Shown piece after piece: positions 49,409 to 60,824 of a DNA stretch of 64,000 nucleotides. Within the stretch, counting starts at the first letter, position 1; each line of letters starts with the position of its first letter. The DNA is from Klebsormidium nitens (taxonomy: Eukaryota > Plantae > Klebsormidiophyceae). The stretch spans positions 36,087 to 100,086 of the forward strand of contig DF237275.1 in the NCBI GenBank assembly GCA_000708835.1, in the 5' to 3' direction. Below the pieces are notes generated by a model, which was not told the DNA's origin, did not search any database, and was given only the letters and a program-made list of their open reading frames with translations. The position numbers and the translations under genes were made by a program.

Positions 49409-52400
49409 TTAAGCCTCTTTCTTTTGGACGTCGGTCTGGGCCTCTGGCGCGGCCTTTGCTTGTGAGTACAAGAAAGTACCCAAGATAGCAATGGCAGACC
49501 CGGCAGCATTCATCGGAAGGATGGGGTTCCTGAACGCAATGACTGAGGAGATGATGACAACGACCCGCTTCATGGTGTTTCCAATGGAGAAGGTGAGGGC
49601 GCTGATGCTGTCCAGTGCCTGGTACGAAACCTGGTTGTAGAGGTGGTAGAAGACGCTCTGGAGGAAGATCCACCTGTAAGCAAATACCATCGGTTCCATG
49701 AGCTCTCCAAGTAGAGCAGAAGGTCGAGAGTGTTTGAGAATGCAATAAACACTTCCCATGCTCAGGTGAAGACTTGCGCCCTCGCAGGAGCAAACTAGGC
49801 CTTGAACATAAGATCCAAACTGCAGTCCAAGCAAAGCATTCCATTTGCGCAGCTCGATGCTCTGTTTGAGGTCCAGACTACTTGGCTGCCAAACGTTTCT
49901 TGGCCAAAAAAAAGGTTGTAAGAAGGACTTCAAAGCAAAACCGCCATCAGCCAAGATGCTGGTTCTGCATTCCCGAGGGCCCAAGCCGACACAGGTAATC
50001 AAGGTCGGTCCTCGAGACTCTAGTGCTCTGACTTTCAAGTATAATCAAGTTTTATAGGCCTAATCATATGGCTTTGCTCTTTGATGCCTGCTACATTTGG
50101 CAGTTTAAAACTCCCCCTTACCTTGCAGAAGACTGACAGAAATATCCAGAATAAAGCAAAGGTATCAGGCAGATATGCGGACCATGTAAGACACAACAAA
50201 CACCGCAGCCGGACAACGGGCGGAGCATGAACCCAGAACAGGGACCCTGCTGTCATCTCCTATCATAGGGGCTTGCTATAAGAACATTGTCGAGGTCATT
50301 GACACTTACCAGAGCAGCTTATCCCTCCCGATGTTGGCAACTGCGGTGCTCCAGGCTGACGACCACGTCGGTCCCTCAATCAGGATTGCGAACGGCAGCA
50401 GGTAAACAAGCGAAAGGATGCTGATCCACCCATACAAGTTGATGCCACCAAGCTCGGGGAAGTCCTGCAGGAGGAGCATGAGGGGCGTTGAAGAAGTCGC
50501 AAGTGAGTTCACGTACATGTGACCTGAATCTGGCTCAAGTGGTGAGCATTTTGACTCAATGGCCTCCAGCCGCAACACCTGGGTGCGCCAGCTTGCCAAG
50601 CACCAGTAGCTGGCAGGCTGTCAGTTGTCTGCAACTCAGCTCGTATAGATTACAACGGTTCCACTGCCAGTATGTGTTTGGGGCACCGCCTACTTCACAG
50701 CCAATCGCAAAGTTGCTGGAGCTCATCGCAAAGGGCACTTAGTCTCAGGGAAACATTGTCCTCCAGGCTGCTGCGAGATCAATGGAAGAAGAAGACAAAC
50801 CAGCACTAGGCCAGATCAACCTGAAACATCGCAGTCTGCTCATCGATCTGAGCTGATTTCATGTTCCAGCTTAAAGCTCACAAACGCCACGCCATGTAAA
50901 CACAACCAGCCTCAATAGATATAAGCTCGCAATGGCTACGGTTTAGCAATTCTCGAGCACTAGAAACCCTGTGGCCTTAACCAGTCGGCTGACTCCAAAC
51001 AGGAAAATGTATTTTACTTCTTACCTTCAGCTTCTCCTTGGACAGGATACCCCTAACCACAAAAGCCAGGTTGGAGATCATGGCGCCCCAGAAGCCCGCA
51101 GCATTGAAACTCAATTCGGACACGGCCGCCATCGAGCAACCAATCACAATTGGCAGAAGGGACAGGTACACGGCAGCCGGGAACTTCTGACCGAGGAACA
51201 GCGCCTGGAGCGCCACGTTGAAGACGGGTTCCGAGCTCTTGATAATGTGCGTGAAGGACACAGCAACCTACACATTGAAGAGCGTCAGTACAAAGACCGG
51301 CCGTTGTTTTGGGGGTGGCCAAATGCTCCTCATATGGTGAACACATGGAACCCTAGCAATAATCAGGCTGCAGCGAACAGTCTGTGAAGAATCAAGAGAC
51401 ACCCCTCGAATGAGGTTTTGATACGCCTCTTGTTTCAAATAGGTTTCAGCAAGATTGACAATCTGCAGAGGCTACACATATTTGAGCAATCAGCACTGTT
51501 TAAATATATACCGCCGTCCGCTCCACCACGCAATTGGAACTTGGAAAAAGTAAGAACGACAAAAAATGTGAAAACCTGGCTAACCTCCTCAAAAGGATCT
51601 AAATTACCATCAAAATATTGCATCTAACGCTCGTGTACCATTCAGCATCATTTGTCCTCTTTTAGATTCTGGTGGCAAAAAGCAGCTGTTGATTGAAAGG
51701 ACACTGTTCTTGCACCTTACAGGTACTAAGTCTCACGGATCGCAAGGCTACCGGCGGCGGTGGCTTTCAATGTTGCTATGTTTCACCGGCCTGCGCTTCT
51801 CAGAAATTGCCGATGGATGATCTTCTTAATTAGAGTTCACCAAGCCAGAACTGACCAGCAGAGGTATCACCATGAGATCTCTGAGCGTGCAGGCTGACAA
51901 TTGAAGCACATGCATGCATTGTCAAAGAGCAGAGCAATTTGCCACGTACCTTGCTCATGGAGACAGTGGCTGCCACATGCCCAATCACATGGAAGAGCGC
52001 GACCGGTGCCAGCGCTTTGAAAAATTTTCCGTCCACCTCGGTGTACTTCTGCAGCTTTGTTGCCCAGAGGACGGCCATGATGGAAGAGCCTGCGACTAGC
52101 GAGAGCGTGGATGTGAGCCAGGGCGCGGGGAACACATTGAGGACCTTCTTGTTGTAGATGTTGAACACCACGTTGTTGAAGTACCAGAGACCGAAGATCA
52201 GGCCCAGCTTGGCGCCACCAGCGGCCTTGACTGCAACCTCTTCCTTCTTCTCTTCGAGGGCATCCGAGCTAGCATCCCCAGCCGCCGCTTGCGCGACAAT
52301 CTGACCCCGAACAGGCTTGGAGAGCCTTAGCAACGGCAGGCTGATCCCCGATCCAACGAATGAGCTCCTTGCGAGTCCCGTCTTTGCCTTCAAGTTGGGG

Positions 52401-52561
52401 TAGCTGCGCTCGACTCCTGCCCTTCTGCATGCAGCCAGAGTGGCGCAGCTCCTTTGGAAGAGACAGGGAGTAGCAGCGGGCGACGCATGCTGGCGGTTGG
52501 GGAGGGAGACACCCAGGGGGATGGCAACACGCCCTGCGCAGACGGCTGTGGACGCCATCAT
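49409..52561 (-). CDS. Plastid phosphate translocator (pPT family, GPT/XPT-like) with transit peptide. Exons: 52561-51950, 51267-51025, 50464-50310, 49673-49409
   Basis: NVVFNIYNKKVLNVFPAPWLTSTLSL, GHVAATVSMSKVAVSFTHIIKSSEPVF, GAMISNLAFV, SVFYHLYNQVSYQALD..LTFSIGNTMKRVVVI and GSAIAILGTFLYSQA. The N-terminal extension is Ser/Ala/Arg-rich. Confidence 0.95.
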
Positions 52562-53737
52562 CCCGCTGGCTCTTTGGACAATGCAGATGGCCCTGCCTGC
52601 AACACCTTGAAGTTGAAGCCTAGGAAGAACTGAATCTGCGCCCTGAAATTGAATCTGACGCCCCAGCCTGTGAGCAATGTGGCACCCGCCAAAAAGGAAT
52701 ATCTTCCCAGCAAGACTGAAATCCTGCGGGCGGCTGCCTGCCGTCCGTTTTCAAGATTTGCAATATCATCTCACGGTCTCTATAGCACCATTTCAGCAAG
52801 TGTGATAAGTTCTGACCATACTGTACCTTCTTTAGTTCGACAATGAACAAACTTGAAGCCAATCACAATGCACATCGACCTGGTGTAGACAACGGCTAGT
52901 TCCGAAGTTTGAAGTCGTTGACGGTTGACCGGCCCCGCTGCCGGGCGCACCGTCACGAGACACCAGCTGACACTGAGATGCAGAATGAATCTGTTTATTG
53001 CTTTCTTGATATATCAGTGTTAAAACAGGCCGTGGTCACCGTCATGCAAGAGCCGTCCGTACAGTGTCTCAGACAATGAATCATACATGCACATTCGTGA
53101 GCTGGTGACTCCAGTCTCCAACTCAAACATATTCCTTGCCTCAACTCGAGTCTTGACTCTTGAGTCAGCTCTCACCTCAGATTCAGAAGTTCACGGCTGG
53201 CCATTCTTCCTTCCCTCCCAGCAAAAGCAGCTCGAAAGGCGTTCCTTGCACGGCCGCTTGAGAAAGCTGCATCTGCGGCGGTACCTGCGGTGGTAGCCTT
53301 TCGCAGGGTGCTTGGTGGTGTGCAGCGGTGCCTAAGTATTCCGCATCCAGAAGCTTTCTTCCCACATTTATCACAAGGAGTCTCGTTTTCTTCAGTTGCA
53401 AAAGCATATTCAAGCAACTCAAAGATACTGAGCAATAGCTGGCAATCGCAAGCATTGACATGCAAGGGTGTTGGAAACAGAGCGCTGTTGACAACAACAT
53501 CGCTATAGCCGCTCATCCGGCTGTCCTGTTGAGGTTGCTGAGTTGCTTTCTGCTCCTCACTCGAGCAGCTAAGCAGAGCTGAAGTGCACTGATCTTTGAC
53601 CAGCCTAGGAACACTTGCAAACCATAATCAACAACTTCTGCTTGGCGCTTAGCCAGAGGGACAAGCACAGTGCTGCAACCTGAAAAGCCTCTGCCTCTGC
53701 CTCAGCATTTTGAGTCTGCTGCAGCCGGAAGCGCAAG

Positions 53738-56700
53738 ATGAAGAAGCCAAGGGAGGCGTCCTCCCTCCTGGCCCTGCTCACAGGCCCTGTCGTTGCTGCA
53801 TTACAGGGCCAAAAGACGCGCCCAAGCCTCTTTGCCGGTCTCGTCCTGTGCGCGTTCATTGTCGGCCCGATCTGGTACACATTCCTCTCTGTCGCGCACC
53901 ACATTGCACGGGATTGCGTTGCACCTCGAGGCCTCCGAGGGGGGCTGCCTCCCGAGCTTTGGGGCATGGTCAACACTGACCTGATAGGTGCCACTCTCAT
54001 GGGGGGGGGCGGCGCAGGGGGGAAAATCGCGGACGCAAACGACACCCTGCCTGACTTCGAGCTGTTTGAGTGCGACCGCTCGTCGGAGTTGACGGACTAC
54101 TGCGTGATCCAAGGGGACGTACGAGTGGACTACCGCACGGGTGAGATCGTGCTCGTCGCTCGGCGGCCTGAGACCCCCCGGGGGCTGCTGCAGGTGCAAC
54201 CGTACCCTCGGAAGTGGGACGATCCGGTCATGGACACGATTACAATGCAGGAGGTCTACTCGGTAGATGTTGATGGGGGGAACCCGGATGAGGAGAACAC
54301 CGATTTGGACCACCTGAAAGCCCTCCGAGGGGGAGCGGCGAAGGGAGGTGATGGGAAGAAACGAGCCCCCCGCTTCCGGAGGAGAGGCAGCGCGCTGGAG
54401 TGCACAAAAACGAGCGACGTGCCGGCGGTGCTCTTCTCGGCGGGGGGGTACAGCGGGGGTATCTTCCATGACTTCAATGAGGTCTTCATCCCCCTGTTCC
54501 AGACGACGCAGGTGCGCTTTTTCTGCTGGCTCATTTTGCTGCAGGTGCCTGACTTGGTGCAGTGAGCTTTCTCCCTGTCTGTTTGCAGCGGCATTGTCAA
54601 TCTCTGTGCAGAGGGCAGATACTGCTTGCGCTGACCTTGGGTTCGGCGCGAAGAGCTATGCAGCTCTTGAAAAGTGGTTGCATGTTTGGGACGACCCTCT
54701 GAGCAGCAATCTTTGTGTTTGCTATCCCTTTGCAACCCTTGAAGCAATGCATGCAAGACCTAGAGGCTTCATCAACTCTTCTTTAAGTTTAGGGTCTGAA
54801 CTCCAAGTTCCTCTGTTTACAAAGAGGCGTCCCACATTGACCAAGTCAATGAAGACTCATTCGGTCACCTCTTCCACGTTGCAGGGACTCCAGCGAGAGG
54901 TGGTCCTGATGGTTTCTGATCTGAAGGGCCCATGGTGGTTCCGGGGCGCCCCCAACGAGAGCTTTGCGGGCGCGTTCACAAACTACCCGGTCCGGCTCAT
55001 GAACAGCGAGACGGACGCGGAGGGATCCCCGCAGGAGGTCGAGTGCTTCCCAAAGCTCATCATCGGGCTGAAGCACAACCTGTGCTTGTACGACGAGTAC
55101 GGGGGCAAGAAGGAGCGTGATGAGGTGAGTTTGATTCTTCGTTTGTGGGGTCAGATTCGGGGTTCTGGAATAGAAACTGCTGTTGGGAGAGAATGCAAGC
55201 GCTTTCGAAATCGGGGGCTTAACAGTGTGAAAGTGCTTTTAGGAAGCACAGGTGGTCTTTCGTTATGGAGAGTTTCAAGCTGCACTAGTCTGATAAGGGC
55301 TTCTTGCATTTGAAGCGAGTTTACTGAGGCTGTGCTGCGATTGCTTTTGGTGCACAGAGAGCTTGATCATTTTGGAGCGCTCAACTGCCCTTAACTAGCT
55401 AGCAGCACAAACGTTTGCCAAAGTGAAACGTAATTCATGCAAGGTCAACTTGTCGCAGGGCTTTAGTAGGTTGTTATAGCTACTTGGATTTACCCTTGCT
55501 GGTTTTTTCTGCAGGTAAAAGCGGGTGTGCGGTTCAGAGACTTCTCGCTGAAGGTGATGGAGTCCATGAACCTGCCGGACTGGATGTGGGACCCGAATGT
55601 AAGCCCCTTGAAAGTCGCTTATCAAGCGTCCGTGCATGTCTCATTCGGTTGCGGTTCTCATGTGCCCTCCTTCTGCGAAGCAACGACGTGTTTTGATAAT
55701 CAAACTGCGTATCGAATTCGTCACCACATTATCCGCATGCTTTTGAGGTGGAGAAGCCAAGGTCACTCCTTTTGCCACTTTCCCCTGCTGAACAATGAGT
55801 GATTTGTGATTCCTAATCACACATTGAATCATTCGCCCAGTCACTCCCACCGCAGATCATTTGCATGCCCCGTCGCACTCTCTTTCTGTCCCGTTCTGCA
55901 GAACAAGAGTATCCGCCAGTCACACTCCCGACCACACTCCCAATTAAACCTCATACTATCACACCATTTCACTGTCTGCCAACCACATCTCGAACCATGC
56001 TCCCAATCAAATCCACAATCATACACCCTCTCATCGTCCTCCTTCCCTTCCCGCAGAACAACGAAGTGCTTCTGCCAATTGCATTTCAAACCATGCTCCC
56101 AATCAAATCCAGACTCACACACCCTCTCATCGTCCTCCTTCCCTTCTCGCAGAACAACGGAGTGTCTCTCCCAGACGCATTCCAAAAGACAATCCCAATC
56201 AAACCCACAATCATACACCCTCTCAATCCCCTCCTTCCCTTACCGCAGACCAACGACGTTTTGCTGCGATTGCCTTCCCAACCATGCTCCCATTTAACTC
56301 AAAAGAATATGCCCAATCACATCCTTGCCGCTTTTTTCCGCAGAACAATGAGGTGTTTCTGCCAAGTGCATCCCTAACCGCACTCCCCAATCAAACCCAT
56401 AAGAATACCCCCATTCACATCCTTGCTGCTCTTCTCGCAGAACAACGAGGTGTTTCTGCCCAAGGGCAAGGTGCCCCACCTGTGCATCGTGCAGCGCCAA
56501 AAGACGAGGCGCATCTCCAACTACGACCGGCTGCGCGAGCTCGCCGTCGACGAGGGCTTTGGCGTTTTCGACATCGTCTTCGAGGAGTTGTCACCGCACC
56601 AGATCGTCGAGTTCATGCGATACTGTGATGGCCTGGTGAGTGCCAGTTTTGTGGGACGGGCATTATGTTCCTCTGGTTCTTGGATTTTGGAAATTAGTAA

Positions 56701-59322
56701 GGGCCCCAGTCTGGCTGCTTGTGGTGCTCAACCGCAACAGCTTGGGGGGTGTCGTCTATTCCTAAGAAAACCCTTTTTGTGTTTCTTCCTTTGGACTGCG
56801 TGGGTGTACGCTCTTGGTGTCATGTAGCCCGCATAGTTGCCGGCGTTGGCGACTCTGAAGGCTGTTGCCTTTTACTTGCGCCTCTACTGAACCGCCAGGC
56901 TGCATCAGCTTCAGGCCAATGCGGATCTTTGCGAAGTGCAGTCCCTCGAGGTGTTCGCCCTGCATCCGACTTTGGAATGTCTGATGCATCTTCACTATCC
57001 CCAGGCGCTTAGGATATCACGTTCTATGCACTTCCATTGAGCTCGCCTCTTTTACCCGGACAGTGAGCAAAACGCCACTCAATGCTGAATTATAACTCAC
57101 GCCCCCTTTTCACGATTGCAGATTGGAGTCCATGGTGCGGGCTTCACGAACACGGTGTTCATGCGGCCGCGGTCGGTGATCCTCCAGATCATGCCCTTCG
57201 GCGAGTACGGCGAGGGCATGGTCGTCGGGCGCGAGTACAAAAATATCGCCGAAGCGCTCGCCGCGTCCTACATGGAGTGGTGAGGGGTTCTTCTTTTTTG
57301 GCTTTAAGATTTTTCCGAAACGTTCCCAAGGCGCTTGCGGCGTCCTACATGGAGTGGTGAGGGTTTCGGGTTCTTTAAATTTCACTAATTCAAGAAGCAT
57401 CGCCGAAGCGCGCATGGCGTGCTACATGGTATGGTGGGCGAACATTTTCGGTCTGCGGCCGGCTGTGTCTGTGCGCTGGTGTTCTCTTGGTGGCCGCTGG
57501 CGTTGCTTCTTATTGTAACATTGCCAAGGGGCCCTTCGCATTTTTCAAGGAGTGTTAAAGAATGCCTTGCGAGCTGGGGCCGGCGGTATGTGTGCTGGGG
57601 TCGCTGACGTCGCACGATGACCTTTTGTTCTAGTAAACGTCTCGTCCGCTCAACTCCGGTTGCTTGTCCGAAATTCTGCAACTTCTTACCCGCCACCGTG
57701 GACCAACCACGTGGCTGCGACGTTTTTGAGGCCCGGTAGAATCACTTCGAGTACACTAAAGGCACATGGTACCAGTCAAATGCTCGGAGCGAGCCCTTTT
57801 GCTTTCGATCAGCCGTTCTTCTGACATGTTTTGGGCCCTTCTGCCCATCTTTTCTGGTGAGCCTCGACACCCAAGTGAAGATTCCATGCTTCGACGGCCC
57901 TGGAAGCGTCGCTGACGTCGAGTTCGACCCCTCTGACGTCAGTTTTCGCTTTCGCCCTGTCCAGGCACGTGCCCCGGGAGTACAGCTCCCTGTGGACGCA
58001 GTACAATGCGACGTCGGTGGAGCTGTCGGACCCGCGCAGCCTCTGGATGGATGACCTCATCAAGGCCATGACGCTCTATCATAGCCAGGTCAGTTCCGGA
58101 GTTTCTAGGTTTCTCAAAAACTTCTAGGCTTCTGAATAAGAGTTATAATCCGTTTTCTACGGTTGAGACCCGCTTTAAGGCCATGACACTCTACCACAGC
58201 CAGGTCAGTTCTGAAGTTTCTAGGTTGTCAATATTTTTTAGAATCTGTTTCTGGTGTCGAGACCCGCTTCAAGGCCATGACGTTCTACCACAGTTCAACA
58301 AGGCCATGCCGCTCTATCATAGCCAGGTCAGTTCTGCTGTTTCTCGGTATTTGGTTATCTTTAAACATACGTTTTCGGGTGTTGAGACCCGCTTCAAGGC
58401 CGTGACTCCCTATCATAGCCAGGTCACTTTCGGGTTTCGGAAGATTCAGATTACTGTGTTTTGAGTTTTAAGGTTGAGACCAGTCATCGACGCTCTGCCA
58501 CGCTCCGCCACGCCCTGCCAGAGCCACGTCAAGTATACGGTTTCTATGCTGAAAGTCTTCATGATATTTGGGTTTTGGGGTCTTCCAATCCTTCGAAGCC
58601 GTGATACTCCCTCACAGTCAGGTCGTTATCAAGAACACATAGGTTTGAATTGGAAACGGCAGCCGGCCTGTCCCGACATTCTTCATGACGTCCTCGAGGT
58701 TGCTTGCTCTGCAACCGCGTTTTCTCTTGTGTCCTCGGACTTGTCTCCTTACGTCCTCGAACCTGCCTGCTTACGTCATCAACACTGTCAGTTTCGCCCT
58801 CGACATTGTGCGTGAAGTCCTCGAGATTGCCTGTTTACGTCCTTGAGATTGTCTGTTTACGTCCTCGGACTTTTCGGCTTTCGTCCTCGAGAATGTCTGT
58901 TACGTCCTCGAACTCCGCTGTCCCGTTGCTTGGATTTTGAATCAATCCTTTGCGATGTTGCATGGCGATGCCACTAAAAACTTCCTCTACGGCACTTGTT
59001 TTCGAGGACAAAACAGAAAAGGAGTGTCTTGAACCCACTTGTTGGACTTTCCTTAGTACCTCAGTCGTATGATTCGCATTTTGTATCGACATCCTCTTAC
59101 CCCGGTCCTGATTCTCTCCCAATACGTACAGACTTCCGGCTGTCCTTCCTCACACTTCGTACGGATTTTTGCCCGCAGGACGTCACGGTTCCGGAAAAGG
59201 TGTTCAAGACGCTGCTGCGGCACATGACGCACGCCCTCGCGCTCCAGGAGGGGATCACCGGGGAGTACATCAAGCGCCGGGTGGAGATCAACCGGGCAGA
59301 AGCAGCCCAAGCTGCCGCTTAA
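53738..59322 (+). CDS. Glycosyltransferase family 61 (DUF563; xylan arabinosyl/xylosyltransferase-like), type II membrane protein. Exons: 53738-54511, 54885-55124, 55515-55598, 56441-56635, 57122-57279, 57965-58088, 59179-59322
   Basis: N-terminal TM segment (LFAGLVLCAFIVGPIWYTFL), then DYCVIQGDVRV, VPAVLFSAGGYSGGIFHDFNEVFIPLF, ECFPKLIIGL, IVQRQKTRRISN, LIGVHGAGFTNTVFMRP..ILQIMPFG and YSSLWTQY. Phases are consistent, and the stop TAA is at 59320-59322. Confidence 0.9.
55880..56465 (+). repeat. About 96-bp tandem array of the 3' splice site plus exon start of GT61 exon 4
   Basis: GCAG|A(A/C)CAA junction copies begin at 55902, 56057, 56153, 56249 and 56344, and the real junction is at 56441. 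Each copy is preceded by a pyrimidine tract. Confidence 0.92.
57254..57432 (+). repeat. Tandem copies of the exon end plus 5' splice site of GT61 exon 5
   Basis: Real junction GCGCTCGCCGCGTCCTACATGGAGTG|GTGAGGG (donor 57280). Copy GCGCTTGCGGCGTCCTACATGGAGTG|GTGAGGG at 57331-57363, and a degenerate copy at about 57395-57432. Confidence 0.9.
58062..58627 (+). repeat. Tandem array (about 95-120 bp period) of the exon end plus 5' splice site of GT61 exon 6
   Basis: AAGGCC(A/G)TG.C.C.CTA(T/C)CA(T/C)AGCCAG|GTCA with donors at 58089 (real), 58204, 58327 and 58423. A partial copy lies at 58271 and a degenerate one ends at 58621. Confidence 0.92.
58675..58912. repeat. Degenerate 21-22 bp minisatellite (TTACGTCCTCGAGATTG.CTG) in the last GT61 intron
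   Basis: (AC)GTCCTCG or GTCCTTG recurs about 9 times between 58678 and 58910. Confidence 0.75.
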
Positions 59323-60824
59323 TAATCGGTCGGGAGGTTCAGCCCCGGGCAGGAAGACCGGGCTTTTTTCAGTGTTGTCTTTTCACCGTCGGGAGCAGCC
59401 CGCCCCTCATACGGTGTCAGCTTTGGATTCAATGGGCAATGCCCGGATAGACGTAAGAGATTGAGAATAACGGGAACTTCCAAGTAGATTGTATCATAGT
59501 GGGAAGGTCTTTCGTCTCGAGTCACAGGTATCGTCAATTGGCAAGCAGCGTTGGAGTTGCTGAAAGTCAAAAGGATGCCAACAATTGATCCGACTTCAAG
59601 GGAAGGGTGGAGCGCCTTGGGGATGCAGGCCGAAAGACAGGTGCCATCACGGCGTCGATAAGGATCGTCTGTATCTTCGCGCTGAGCCATAGGGATGTCA
59701 CGGTCCTCACCATTTTCTGTTTCTAGAGCAGCCCTAGACTGATTGGATTTGGTTCACATAGAAACGAACATGCATACCAGTGTTGTCGACAACCAATAAC
59801 CTTAGCTCCACGTTCCCTTGTTTATGTGGCTCATGGTAGTGAGGATCTACTGTCCGTCTGTGAGCCCTTGCAAAGTCTCAAATTACACAGCGAGCCTGGG
59901 CATATGTACTATGGCGCTGCATATTCACAATTTATAAATATTCCACTGTTCAATAGATATCTGATCTGCTTTGAACCATATTAAAGGGTTACGATGCCGG
60001 GTAGTCTCGCTGATCATTCATGTGTTATGTGCGCAGCTAGAGTTCAATGCCAGCTAGGTCGGACTGAGCTGAGCATTAGAATATACCGTATACGAACATA
60101 CATGGTAGACCGCCCAGAAGGGCGGCGGGGGCTTGCCTCTCTGTGGTGCGACTGGGCAAAATTTTAAAGTTGCATGTCTGGAGTAGAACATTTTAAATGG
60201 CTTTATTCACGAAAGGGATCGTGCTTTTGCGCGCACACGCTAAACGTCGTCCGTACACCACCTTGCGGTATGCACCCCAAGTAGTTGTGCAGTGCGTACC
60301 AGGCTACACAGCACTCTTCTTTCCGGGCACTGTAATCAATTCTGAAAATCCTTCACATACAGTTCTGAAGAAGTCCATCGCAGATAAGGGTGATTTGATT
60401 TTCCAATTCGGCATTATGAGCCCGGGGTACTGTACAGTGTCAAGTGCTCGGCAGTGGGGTAAACCACAACTTGGCCGCATTTCGACCTTGGCTTGCAACG
60501 TGGCAGCTTTAGAGTAGGCCTGTTCGGAGAAATCGGAAAATCGAGGTCAAACGTTACATCGTTACGGTATCTCGCGGCAGCAGTCTCGCGTCCACGAACG
60601 ATTCGGAACATTTAATCTGCGCAGCCGCGCGGCCCAGTCTGGGCTTGGACACAAACATGGTCTGGACTATATTAGGGGGATTCTGCGTACGTTTTCGTAT
60701 CGAACACCACGCATGTTGAAATACCACCAGTCTGGAGATGCTTATATGCCGCAGAGCCACGTCGTACAGTGTCGCCCGACGCGCGGTTTCGTGGAATGCA
60801 CCAGCTTGCTATTTTACTTCATAA

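Noticed and set aside
55806-56377. Repetitive 160-170 aa ORFs on both strands
   Set aside because: They are by-products of the 96-bp junction array inside a GT61 intron rather than independent genes.
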